Of a stretch of 64,000 nt of DNA, positions 28,780 through 41,385 are shown piece by piece (position 1 is the first letter of the stretch; every line of letters begins with the position of its first letter). The stretch comes from Epiperipatus broadwayi (Eukaryota > Animalia > Onychophora). A program made the position numbers and the translations under genes. The stretch is from the NCBI GenBank assembly GCA_028023455.1, contig JAQFVV010000010.1, positions 11,098,001-11,162,000 of the forward strand, in the 5' to 3' direction. The notes under the pieces are model-generated. The model searched no databases, was not told where the DNA came from, and saw only the letters and a program-made list of their open reading frames with translations.

Positions 28780-29457
28780 AAACCTTAATACAATGAATCT
28801 TTCCATCACTTTAAGTGAATAATAAAAACAATACTTTCCACTTCTCATCTATAAAAAAGATTATTTAATAGCAAATTCATTTTTTTTCTTACTTCAAAGA
28901 AAAATGGGGGAGAGAATGAGAAAAAAAAAATTATTTCATTACAATATTTTTTCAGTTGATTTACATATCAACACTTTAACTGCATTTTATAAATCTTTTG
29001 GGATCATCTCCACAATAAATTTAATGCATTTTATTTTTAATGAAAGGGAAAATTGAATAAATGAATATCTCACATATTTTTGAAAATACAATAATTTAAT
29101 GTTGGCATGGCCAATATAATCACTACAATATATATATGCTTTTATATTTAACTTTTAGTATCATTTTTGTAATAAATTGATTTCTTTTCATCACTTTAAC
29201 TATTCTGTTCTAATTGTATCCATATTAAATATAGTTATGTAATTTTTCTTTTTTAAAAAACTTTCTTATATTATAATTTTACTTTCATTACCTTTCAAAT
29301 CTCAACTGCATAAAATTTTAATCTTTTACTCTGTATGCTATTTCCTTCGACCAGTACTTTTAACACCTAGTAGTTCTTTTTTAATATATTTATATATTAA
29401 ACATATATAATAAATTATTTATATAATGCTATGTTTTTAAACTGCAATAATAATTAA

Positions 29458-29625
29458 AGATTACTCCACTAAACATGTGCTCTATAGATTTAAACACTTG
29501 ATGAATACTCTCATTTTGAAATACAAGATAAAGTCTTTTTGTCTTTTCAAAAGACTTTATCTTGTGTTTGGAAAGAAGAGTACTCATTGTTTAATTCTAC
29601 AGAGCACATGTGTAGTGGAATAATC
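29458..29625. repeat. Fold-back hairpin (~80-bp diverged arms)
   Basis: gattactccacta..catgtgctct..acaagataaagtctttt is mirrored after ~29545. Shares acaagataaagtctttt with the 53442 palindrome. Confidence 0.75.
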
Positions 29626-29808
29626 TCTAATTAATATTATATATATTTAGATTAATTAACTTTTACAAAAATAATATCTTTAAGCCCACATCTTTATTTA
29701 AACTTAACCTAGTTTTCTAATTATGACAGCTTCTTTAATTTTCATATTTCTTCTAGTATTGGTATGATTAATTATTTTTAGGTTACCTTTTTCAAATTTA
29801 TGCCCTAT

Positions 29809-31282
29809 TGTAATATCCGCACTTACGACTGTGCCAAGGTTAAAACTGCAAGTCATACTGTGTGGTCAGCAAATAACGTTATACAATTCCCATGCTGTTC
29901 TTTTCCAACGAAGCTCTCCAAATGCATTGGTCTGCCATGAAGCTCTCCAAATGAATTGGTCTGCAATGAAGCTCTCCAATGAATTGGTCTGCAATGAAGC
30001 TCAGCCACGGATGCTCTCCAAGGAATGGTCTGCACCGACTGCTCTCCAATGAATAGTCTGCAAACGGATGCTCTCCAAACGCATGGTCTGCAACTTGCTA
30101 CTGCATGACTGCTCTCTACTACTCCTGATGTTACACTGCTTGATGTTCTCCCAACATGGCTGCTAATAACTGCCTTCCCCTGCGTAGTTGTTACACCGTC
30201 TTTTATTGCTTGCTGATAACTGTAGCAATTAATCCTTGTCCAATCAGGTAACGTATTTTATCCAGAAATATTTGCAATAAGCAAATATCTCTTGGAATTA
30301 TCATCCACCATTATGTTACTTAACTTCCTCCGTTATCAGTGCACGATCTACCACAACCACTTGAACAAATTCTAGTTTTTCTGGAGTGCACAATGTCTGC
30401 CATTTTTACAAACACTACAACACCTTCCTCCACTCCAGAAAAACCCTTGTTGCAATTCCTTGATGTTTTCTTTTTCTATTCCTACTTGGCTGAAACATAT
30501 TTCCTGTTATTTCCAAACTTACAGCGTTGTTATATCACGTAGACTTACTATTCACTTCCGTTGTTAACGTTACTAATTGGGATTGACATTTTCACCCGGT
30601 TTCTCCATCTACGGCTAAACTTGTAGTTCAACGTATTCGCTACTCCCAGGTTCCAAATGCGACTGCGCCATTGTAATATCCACTCTTATGACTGTGCCAA
30701 GGTTAAAACTGCAAGTCATACTGTGCGGTCAGCAAATAACGTTATACAATTGTCATGCTGTTCTTTTCCAACGAAGCTCTCCAAACGCATTGGTCTGCCA
30801 CGAAGCTCTCCAAACAAATTGGTCTGCAATGAAGCTCTCCAATGAATTGGTCTGCAACAAAGCTCAGCCACGGATGCTCTCCAAGGAATGGTCTGCACCG
30901 ACTGCTCTCCAATCAATGGTCTGCAAACGGATGCTCTCCAAATGCATGGTCTGCAACTTGCTACTGCGTGACTGCTCTCTACTACTCCCAATGTTACACT
31001 GCTCGATGTTCTCCCAATATGGCTGCTAATAACTGCCTTCCCCTGCGTAGTTGTTACACCATCTTTTATTGCTTGCTGATAACTGTAGCAATTAATCCTT
31101 GTCCAATAAGGTAACGTCTTTTATCCAGAAATATTTGCAATAAGCAAATATCTCTTGGAATTATCGTCCACCATTATGTTACTTAACTTCCTCCGTTATC
31201 AGTGCGCGATCTACCACAACCACTTGAACAAATTCTAGTTTTTCTGGAGTGCACAACGTCTGCCATTTTTACAAACACTACA
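29809..31282 (-). mobile_element. Complete non-autonomous TRIM-like LTR retroelement
   Basis: Two 611-bp TG..CA LTRs (29809-30419, 30672-31282) and a 252-bp internal region. PBS TGGCGCAGTCG (tRNA-Ser-like) lies 1 nt after the 5' LTR, PPT GGAGTGGAGGAAGG precedes the 3' LTR, and the 5-bp TSD is CCTAT. Confidence 0.93.
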
Positions 31283-32187
31283 CCTATCTCTATTGAATGT
31301 GAATAAATAAGTGATCCATCATATTTGTGTTGTGTTAATCTTGTCCAAACTGAATTTTTTGTCTTATCTACGTACTTTCATTTGATATTATTTGACATTT
31401 TACATTCAATTTTATATCCTCCATTTATACAATTTTATATATTTTTAACATATTTATTATTTAATATATTAAGTTTTTATTATTTATTATTTTGAATTTT
31501 ATTATATTATTGATTTTTATTAATTTTATTAATAATTTTATTTATATTTTTTACTATGTTGTTGTTATAAGTTTTATACCTTCATAATTATTTCCATATA
31601 TCTTTTTTTTTTCTTTTATCATCTTTTTTATTATTATTAAATTTATCTTCTAGCAACTTTATATTATTTGTCAGAATATTTATTGGCTAATCATTATTTT
31701 AAAGTTCTATAATGATTAAATCTACTTGTTTATTATAAAGTCTTTATTTGAGCAAGCTATAAATTATTGGTCAAATATAGAATATTATAATAAATAAGTA
31801 TATTTAATAATTAAAGAACTTAAAAGTAATGATTACTCAATAAAGATTCTAAAAAATAATATAAACTTGCTAGAAGATAAATTTAATAATAATAAAAAAA
31901 ATGATAAAATAATAAAAAAGATATATGTAATAAAATAATTATGTAAGTTATAGCAATAACATAGTATAGAATATAAATAAAATTATTAATAAGATTAATA
32001 AGAAAATCAATAATATAATAAAATTTAAAATAATAATAAAAACTTAATATATTAGATAATAAATAAGTTAAATATAAAGAAAATTGTATAAATGGAGTAT
32101 ATAAATTTGAATGTAAAACATGTAAGCAAATAATATCAAAAGTAATTATAATTATAAATTTTATTAAACGCCCATTATTATATTAAA

Positions 32188-32389
32188 TAATAATTTACTA
32201 AGGCTGTAATCTTAGAAATAAGCGTCTGAAAAATACGAAGGTAGGGACCTCTATAGGTCTTAAAAACACAAGCTTATGATTCTCTCTTTTCTTCATAGTG
32301 TAAGCTTGTGTTTTTAAGACCTATAGAGGTCCCTACCTTCGTATTTTTCAGACGCTTATTTCTAAGGTTACAGCCTTAGTAAATTATTA
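32188..32389. repeat. Near-perfect hairpin insertion (89-bp arms, 24-nt loop)
   Basis: 32188-32276 is the reverse complement of 32301-32389 with one mismatch. A 13-bp direct repeat caaaagtaattat lies at 32137-32149 and 32390-32402. Confidence 0.9.
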
Positions 32390-33514
32390 CAAAAGTAATT
32401 ATGTAGATGAAACAAAAATTTCAATTTACACAAGATTACCCAACACAAATAATAGATTACCAATTTATTTACATTCAGTGGAGACAGGGCATACACTTGA
32501 AAAAGATAACATAAGAATAATTAATTATGCTAATAAGAGAAGACAGAAAATTAAAGAATTATCATAATTAGGAATATAAGAATATTATAACAAATTTAAA
32601 TAAAGACAGGCTTTAAAACATTACTTTTATAAATGTTACTTAAATTAAATGTATATATTTAAAAAAACAACTAATAATTATGAAAAGTATTCAAAGAGAG
32701 AGATAACGTACAGAGTAAAAGATAAAAAATTAAAAATTTTACAGTTGAGATTTGAAATGAAATGAAGGTAAAATTATAATTATAATTTTTTTTTGAAAAA
32801 ATTAACAATGCATAATTATATAAAAAATAGGCAATGCATGGCTAATATAGAATATAATAATTAAAATGATGAAAATAAATCACTGTAATATAAAAAATGG
32901 TAAGAAAAGTTATAGAAAAACATATATATTACAATAGCAGAGAACCTGTAGATATGGCCAACATCTATCACTAGAGATTACCATTAGATTTACCATCTAG
33001 AATTCTTACTTTAAAGCATCCGATCTTCATTGAGTGTTTAGCTGTTGATATTTGTACAAGAAAGTTGTAATTTACTAGTGAAGATATGCAGCCATAGAGT
33101 TTTACAGAGTCTTCAATCACTACTAGAAATTTAATATATCTCCACTAGGTCATAGATAATTAGAAACTGCTTATAATATTCAATTGGTCATACATAACAA
33201 TAATTAATAAAAGAGATGGTATTAAAATAAGCAAATAGCAGAAATTTATTATAAATTCATTAAGGTTATATTGTAACATACATTATGGCTATTTTTAATT
33301 ATTGTATTTTATAATTAACTGGGATAATTTAACATTTATTTATACTGTTTATATATAAAATTGTCTCAATAGATTATAACTAAAATTTTATATCATGAAT
33401 GCACCCATATTTAAAACTTTACAATATCTTTTTGAATAATATCATGGATCAAATTTCAATACTAAATATCAATAATATCAATCATTTTATTCATAAATCA
33501 ATTAGTAATGCATA

Positions 33515-33609
33515 TTTTTTTTATGTGTCAAAGCGGCGGCCGGAAGCAAACCCTGGGACAACTGCTTATAAGGCAGCTATGCTAACCACTTGATCACCAA
33601 TGTTTGACT
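33515..33609 (-). mobile_element. tRNA-Gly(TCC)-derived SINE
   Basis: Minus strand cattggtgatcaagtggttagcatagctgccttataagcagttg..ccggcc closely follows tRNA-Gly-TCC. T-tract tail on the plus strand; flanked by taatgcat repeats. Confidence 0.75.
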
Positions 33610-33840
33610 ATTAATGCATGTTTAAGCTAAATTTGATATGTGCAATGTTGTTTCAGAATTCTGTTTAGCAGACAAAATTAGCAGTCTCTAATCATGAATC
33701 TTCACCCATTCTTAATATTCCTAATAATATATATTCAGTAAGGCATTAGATGATCATCATTGAACAAATTAAGAGTATTATCAATTTGAGAATACTTGAA
33801 ATATATAAAAAATTTAATTATATAAATAATTACTAATTTA

Positions 33841-34153
33841 TATATTACTTATAATACTTCATTCATATACACTTTAATGCAAGTAATTTTCTTAAAAACT
33901 TCTTTATTTTTTTATAGTTTCGACTGTCCAGCAGTCTTCATCAGAGCTCTATCTTCCTTTCAGTTTTAACTTTAATTAAAAAAAAAAGTTAAAGTTAAAA
34001 CTGAAAGGAAGATTAAATTAAAGTTAAAACTGAAAGAAAGATAGAGCTCTGATGAAGATTGCTGGACAGTCAAAACTGTAAGAAAATAAAGAGGTTTTTA
34101 AGAAAATTACTTGCATTAAAGTGTATATGAATGAAGTATTATAAGCAATATAT
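33841..34153. repeat. Fold-back element (~135-bp arms) with a hammerhead-like motif on each arm
   Basis: Minus 33917-33944: CTGATGA-a-GACTG-ctgga-CAGTC-GAAAC. Plus 34049-34076: CTGATGA-a-GATTG-ctgga-CAGTC-AAAAC. Confidence 0.85.
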
Positions 34154-34489
34154 ATGATTATATGAAGATATGCAAAGAAAGTGAAGGAGACGAATAAGAG
34201 AGTAATTACTAATTTCAATAAAACTTTTCAAAATCTATAGAATAGGCACATAAATCATTAGTAAACTATAGACATGCCTCAAAATATTATAAAAATAAAG
34301 TGAGCAAAAAATCAAAGTCATACATCACATGATACAAAAAACATCACTCTATATAAAATAATTAACTTAATTTTTAAGCTTGTAAATAAAAAATAAAGAG
34401 CTCTGCTAATTTGCTCTAAAAAGCTTTATTGATGAATGCCAACTAAACAAAGCATTTAAAAATCTCTATTTTGAAAACCACTCCTTAGC

Positions 34490-34529
34490 CTCAGACCAAT
34501 GGTTTCATGCTTTGGCACTCCTCAGTAAA
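34490..34529 (-). ncRNA. Type I hammerhead ribozyme (antisense arm)
   Basis: uuua-CUGAGGA-GUGC-caaa-GCAU-GAAA-CC-auu-GG-UC-ugag. Core intact; stem I has 4 bp with two G.U pairs. Confidence 0.7.
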
Positions 34530-34564
34530 GCACTAGGGTACACCAATGGTTTCATGCCCAGCAT

Positions 34565-34606
34565 CTCACTGAGGAGTGCCAAAGCATGAAACCATTGGTC
34601 TGAGGC
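34565..34606 (+). ncRNA. Canonical minimal type I hammerhead ribozyme
   Basis: uCUCA-CUGAGGA-GUGC-caaa-GCAU-GAAA-CC-auu-GG-UC-UGAGg. All core nucleotides are present, with stem I 4-5 bp, stem II 4 bp, short stem III and a GUC triplet. Predicted cleavage is after C34601. Confidence 0.8.
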
Positions 34607-35604
34607 TAAGGAGTGGTTTTCAAAATAGAGATTTTTAAATGCTTTGTTTAGTTGGCATTCATCAATAAAGCTTTTTAGAGCAAATTAGCAGAGCTCTTTA
34701 AAGTAAGAAAAATTTTGAAAATACTTTACTAACTACTTCAATATCTTCTTTATTGTAAAAATGTGTCTGTGATATATATATATTGTATTATAACTAGAAT
34801 CTGTTTAAAACTTTTACTCAACAAATCAGGCCTATTTTACCAAATCAATAAAACAAAGGCACATTCAAACATCAGCTTCAACAACTGCTAATAAATCCAT
34901 TAATTATTCTTTTCCGTTTTTAAATATTAGTCCTATTAATATTTAAAATCTAATAGTATCTACAGATATTAATTTTGAATAATAATTCTCATTGATATAT
35001 ATATACTTTTATTTATTTTTTATTCAGTTTTACACAAGTAATATTATCTTTAGAATTCTAATAATTTAATTAAGTATTAGGAGAAGAATTTCTGTGACAA
35101 AACTATTGATTTTTATTAAAAAAATTCAAAACAAACAACTGTGGAGCATAGCTTTCACAACTTATTCTTCTTCTTTTTAACTCTTGAAACTAACATGATA
35201 ATAATAATACAATTTAAATCATTGAATATAGCTTACACAACAATTGTTAATTTAGAATGAATTATTTAAAAAAATGTTAAGAAATAAATAAATAGCAAAA
35301 TAAATAATGAACATTTAGTTAAAACAAAGAAAGTTCATTTTAGAATTTAAATAAAGTTCATCAAATGTCTGTGAATTAAAATGACTTTGATACATTTATT
35401 TGAATTAGTCTTTATGCAACAGTGAGTAAACTCCATTGGCGTACAATAAGAAAATTTATTCTTTAACATATGTTTTATTTAAAAGGGTTCTGTATTGAAA
35501 TTCAAAGTTTAAACTTGACATTGCAGGATTCGATATTTTTCTTAGTTGAGTGTTAATATTTAGTCACAATTGATTTTCCACATATATTTGAACTATTTAC
35601 TTTG

Positions 35605-35750
35605 TCAACAAAGACAAAACTCTCCATACAGTATTGCCACCCTGTGCCAGACAGAGTAATCAATGGATGCCAGAAGGCTTGTGCATAAAATCCCTATCCA
35701 GTGCCTACAATTATGTGCTAGTATAGAGATGGTGATCATGTGATATTTAC
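35605..35750 (-). mobile_element. Family A repeat, internally deleted (no HHR)
   Basis: gacaaaactctccatacagtattgccac..gtaatcaatggatgcc..gtgcataaaatccc..gtgcctac is joined to the module atggtgatcatgtgat. Confidence 0.75.
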
Positions 35751-37049
35751 TTTGTCCATATTAGTTTTCATATATATTTGAAATACATATTATTGATAAG
35801 TTTTTTTTATATATAATGAGTCCATTCTGATGAAACTGGTGCTATACACATAGAAAGGAATTTCTAGATCCAAATTAACAGTGCATGAAAAGCTTCTCAA
35901 TACTTGAAGTTTCTGTCAGACACACATCAATTTGATGGTGTCTTCTATATTGCACGACAAGCAATAGAATCAGAAAAGAAAAAGAGTTTTTTCCTGCACA
36001 CTATTTATACTAAAAGTTTCTTTTCTACAGAATTTTAATCTAATAAATACTCAAGAAAAGCTATCGTAGAAATTTTCTATTTTTCTAAAACAAACTAAAA
36101 TTCTGTAATAAAGAAATAAGATGCATAACAAAATGTAAGTACACAAAAAGGATTATTTTAAAAGTAATTAATTCTGATAACATAAAAATGTAATATAATT
36201 TTTTACCTCTGATTTCCAATTTATTTTATGTAAAACTTTAATTTCTTAATGCAACTCAGTTAAATATTTTTTTCTTTGTAATTTGTTAAACTTTTTTTTA
36301 TTAAATGGTTTTATCTTAATAAAACATTAAACTCCTATATAAAAATAAAAGGGAAAAAAGACATTTTTAAAACCTAAAATATTTGGATATGACTTATTAT
36401 GTTATAAACTTCATGTGAATATTTTCTTTTCAATACATAAAAATGTAAAAAATAATTTACACAAAAGGCTCAAATAATTAAAAAAAAAAAAATTTATAAA
36501 ATTAGTTTAAAAACTATATAAGGATATAGACATATTGGATCCATTAAAAATAAGTGTAAACTGTAAAACTTAATATAATACTCCAAAAACTCAAGCTATC
36601 TGCATAGAGGGGGATGATCAAAAAAGAAAATTCAAGGAGGTATGGACCCACAATCAATCAACAGGAAAGAATCTTGTGTCCCTCTATCAAAAAAAAAAAA
36701 AAGAAACATCTGACACTTATAAATTTACATTTCTCTCCACAATAATTTCCATATTTTCTAAACTTTATATATTAATCCTGTTAATGGTATAGTTCATTCC
36801 TTCTGCACTATGATTCTGGTGAGAATCTGCCAAAGTCTGGCGTAGTGCTATTAAGTTTTATTATACCTGTCTTTATATCTTTTCATAGTGGCTTGATTCA
36901 GCTCAAGATTTCGGAGTATTTCAATAGTATATGAAAAGAGATTAATGTTGGATAATTAAAAACTTAATATGTAAATGTGTAAGTACTATATATAATATGT
37001 TATATTAATAGTAAAATATACTAATTATGTGATTACATATGTTTGTTAT

Positions 37050-39400
37050 TACAGTTTTGGTGACAACTGCAGGTCAGACAAAACTGTTTGTAAATTTTGT
37101 CAAAAGAATAAATAAAAACTAATGCATTGTAAAAAGTGACAACAGAAAGTATATTAAATAATATTATATAGTGATTATAATGTTACCATATAATTGTGAT
37201 ACATCATAAAGAGAAAGGTAAAAAAAAAATACAATTGAAAAAAAATATATAAATTTTTATCTACAAGCTTCTTTTTGACATATATACAAAATAAAAGGAT
37301 TAAGGTGTTTTACAAATCACAAACATAAAGAAAATAATTCTAATACATATGCCTAAAAAAAAAAAAAGCAGAAAAATTATAATTGCTTTTTTATATTTTA
37401 AGATCTTGCTAAGTAAAATGTAGCTATTGTGTGGTTTTCATTGACATTAGTATCATTACTATTACAGTTATTACTACTATTAATAATAATAACATAAATG
37501 AGCATAACAATAGGAAGTGTTTGAGAACTTGTTAAAGAGTGTGAATGATCTAATTATCTTAAATACTAAAATCTTTGTCATTGCTTATATTTATCAGTTA
37601 GTGCAGATTTTGACACACTTCAAAAAAATCAATTTTATTCGCACTTGATAGGAATAATTAGACTATTCTAATCATGAAATCAATCCCATTAATATTCCAA
37701 TATTTAATTTGAGTTTGTGTAGTATTTTACGCATTATGATTTGCCTTCATATGGTCACTATGTAACAAACTTTTTATATTTTTAACAATCATTTTCAATA
37801 AGAGTTCATACATTTTATTTTACAAAATAATTTGTCTGATTTACATTCAAACTGCGTTTGATATTTCTTTACTTGTGAGCCATCTATGTAAGCATAAGTA
37901 ATCAATAGATATACCAAATAGTAGTGCCAAATTGATTCCAAGATTATAATATGGTTATTAGCTATTTCTAAAAAGGTCAAAAGTATCTGCAGTTAGCCAC
38001 CAAACTATATAATTACTGTCAGGACATTATAGCTCAAAGGACGACTTAGATTACATAAATATTTAAGCTATTAATTTAAATAGTATAATGGAAATGAAAA
38101 AAGATGTTGAATATCTACAGTGGATAATTGTGTGCTACCAGAAAAGCTGTTAGCAAGAACTAGTTCAAGGATCTGTTTGGCATACCGATGAGGTATTTCT
38201 TAGATGGATATCAGTATTAGATTGATATGAGGGGGATTATTATTATCAAGCACAAAATTAGAGAAGTCATTGTATACAACATTTTTCTCATGTTCTTTTA
38301 TTAGAAGTAATTATTAAGAATATGAAAATGAAGCTGTTATATTGTGATTAATGATCACAAAATGCTACAGAAATTCAAATACTAAATTCTTGGAATATTG
38401 ATGAATCTATCCTTGGCAAGGAACTGAAAATGAAGACACTATTTTATTAGTTTATTAAAAATAGTTCACAACTATTTGGAAAATGTTCTAGCATAGTGCT
38501 TTATAAAATTTAAAATTTTTTGCAAATGCTAAAAAAGGTTTTTTGGTTATGAAATTTATATGTAAACTATTTAAAAACATGACCAGAATTTACCATTCAG
38601 ATAACATATGTATATGTGAAGATTATCAGAACACATTAAACAAACGTATCAGTACAAAAAATTACTTTCAAAGAAATACTAATGATATAAAATATTAGCT
38701 AAACTTTTTTCAGATTAAATTCTCATCAATGATTGATGGGATGTTTTTAGTGCTAACATTACTTGCACAGATTATATAAAGTTAAAAGATATCTTATAAT
38801 ATTACAACAGCTTCCAATACATTTCAGCAAATGATGAATCAATTTTTTCATGGTCTACAGAGTGGAATACTCTTCTTTGATGATATTGTATTTTTTGTAC
38901 AGATGGAATAGAAATTAAAAAATAGGATGCAGTTAAAATGCAGTAAATCAAAAAATTAAGGCTGCAGAAAAGAATTTGTTGTTAACTGAAAGGAGACTTT
39001 TTGATTTCTCTTTGAGACTTTAAAGTAATCTACCAGAACAAATTGTTAATGTCCATTCCATACGTTCTCATGTTGCAGCTGTTTTACTATGTGATTATTC
39101 ATATAGTATATGAACATAAAGGAACTTCTCTCCAACACTAATCAGACAGCAATGTAAGTTTATTGGGTTTTATCTCTGAGTTTAAGATCAAGAAACTCTA
39201 TGATCTTTTTTCTCAGTTGCCTGATAGCTATTAACTGAAATACCTGTTCAATTTTCTTGAAGGCAGAATGAATGTTTGTGTGAATTTTTTTTTCTAATAG
39301 ATATTTACAGTCATGACAAACAAAACTAAATCATGGCTCACTCCCAGGAGTCTATAAAGTCCATCCAAACCAGAGGTTGATGATCAAAGTGGAGGATACT
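37050..39400 (+). mobile_element. Degenerate Ty3/Gypsy internal region
   Basis: RT core TASNTFQQMMNQFFHGLQSGILFFDDIV (~38805-38900). Possible gag Cys remnant (~37060) and integrase-like remnant (~39195-39260). Boundaries are uncertain. Confidence 0.55.
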
Positions 39401-41196
39401 AAGAATCTCTTGATTGTGGACCCAGGCTGTCATTTGTTGATGACATTTTGTTTAGATATTTACAAACTACAGACTACTTTCAAGTAAAGAAGATGACATT
39501 ACTGAACTTTGTGAAGCTATAAGAAAAAGTGAAAAAACAATTGATTTAAAAAGAGGATATGTACTATACTACAAAGGCATGATATTGGTACAAGTGGAGT
39601 AGGATTCATTATGAATAAAAAGTGGAAGAATGACATTACAGAGATTGATGGTTCATCAGACAGATTGGAAAGATTAATTATTTAACTTAATAGTAGATAT
39701 CAAATGCAGATAATTCAGGTTTATGCCCCAACAAGTTTTCATTGTGATAAAAAAGTAGAGGATTTTTATATGGATATACAAATGTCTTTTGATTAGACCA
39801 AACAACATTTTAAAGTTGCCATGGGAGACTTTAATGCTAAAATTGGTGAACAATTGAAAGATGAAAATGCTGTGAGTACATTTGGTTATGGTGATAGAAA
39901 TGAGAAATGACATAGACTTGTAGAATTTTCAGAAAAAACTTTATATCATGAATTCTTTCTTTGAAAAAAATGCTAAATGAAAATAGATATGGAAGCATCC
40001 AAATAAAGTTATAGCAGAATTGAATTATTTTTGACTAACATAAAATATATATTTCAATATTAAAATGTTCTTAATAAATTCAACACAAAAAGTTATCATT
40101 AATTTCTGAGATGCAACATATAATGCAAAACTAGAGATGCAAAAATTATTAAAAAAAACAGTATTCATAGTCAATATTTATAATCTTCAGAAAAATATGA
40201 ATGAATTTAAATTACAACTTGCCAATCATTTTCAAATGTTAATAGATTTTGAACATGGTTCAGATTTTAACAAAACCATTAGGAAGATAACTGACACACT
40301 TTTAAAAACTGCAACAAAGATAGCTGGTATTAAAAAAAGTAGCAATTGACCAAAAAAATTTCTACTGACACTACAATATATCAAGAAAAAGGGACATGAA
40401 AATATACATAAATGATGCATTAAGAAGGATTGAGTAACTAGAATTCTGTAAATGGTGTGAAAAAGAATTGATAACATTATAAGAAATTATAATTGTAAAT
40501 TAGTAGTGAAAACTATAGAAAAATAAGTCTCAAGAGTATAAAACATCTTGGTATTGTTAGGAAACTGCAGTAAGAAAAAAGGATGGAAATAATACTAAAT
40601 AGAGAGATAATATTATGAAATGTGTAGAATAGTTCTATCAAGAATTATATAGCAATAAAGAACAAGGAAACATACTTCCTACAATGATTATATCTTCTTA
40701 AATTGCCTAGAAATTTGAATGAGGAAGAGAGACATGCAATTAAATGTATGAAGACGGGAAAAGCTTCAGACAGATTTATAATTCATATTTTAAAAGAAAC
40801 ACATGAAGAAAGAGATTTTTTTTTGGCAAAGTCATATACCAAATATCTAAATCATAAAATATTCCAGTTGATTGGAAGAAAAAAATTACAATCTATCAGT
40901 CTGTTATCACTTCTACATAAATTTTTTACAAAGATAATTACAACTCGCCTGCAGTGAACTTTGGATTTTAACCAACCAAAAAAAATAAGCTGGATTTTAA
41001 AATGATTTTAGTCCAGTAGATCATATTCAAGTATTGAGAGAAGTTATAGAAAGAACTAATGAATATGAGTTGTCATTATGCTTTGGATTTATAGATTGTG
41101 AAAAAGAATTTGATTCTATAAACATTTTTTCAGGTCTAAAAATATTGGATCATCAAGATGTAGACGTGGAATATTATCATATTATTAGATTGCATA

Positions 41197-41385
41197 AAAC
41201 AGGCAAAACTCACTATATGTATTGCCACACACAGCAAGCTAAAGTAATCAATGGATGCCCGAAGGCTTGTGCATAAAATCCCCATCTAGTGCCTACTCAT
41301 CCAATATCCCCAGACTAGTTTCTGTCTTGTGGCCTTCGTCAGTGAGGAGCCTTGGATCTGAGAGCACTGCACCTAGATCTTAGGA
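41197..41385 (-). mobile_element. Family A HHR-bearing repeat with 14-bp TSD
   Basis: tattagattgcata at 41183-41196 and 41386-41399. HHR motif cctca-CTGACGA..GAAA-CTAG-TC-tgggg at 41308-41348. Confidence 0.85.

Larger units (their letters stand above)
29110..32935. mobile_element. Large head-to-head inverted pair of Penelope-like fragments (thumb-linker-GIY-YIG), each arm interrupted
   Basis: The left arm (-; ~29110-29808 plus 31283-31738) is the reverse complement of the right arm (+; ~31786-32149 plus 32403-32935). Translations include GVYKFECK, YV(D/G)ET and HSIEIGHKF..NLKII..KIKEAVII. Confidence 0.75.
34394..34700. repeat. Near-perfect palindrome (132/133-bp arms, 42-nt spacer)
   Basis: Arms 34394-34526 and 34569-34700 differ only by one homopolymer indel. 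Confidence 0.95.

Noticed and set aside
29915-30095. CRISPR-like repeat/spacer pattern
   Set aside because: Units are 25-29 nt with very short related linkers, lie within LTRs of a eukaryotic retroelement, and have no cas genes nearby.
33010-33122. Possible minus-strand exon VIEDSVKLYGCISSLVNYNFLVQISTAKHSMKIGCFK (AG...GTAAGA)
   Set aside because: No recognisable homology, weak pyrimidine tract, and no phase-compatible neighbouring exon found. Worth an RNA-seq look only.
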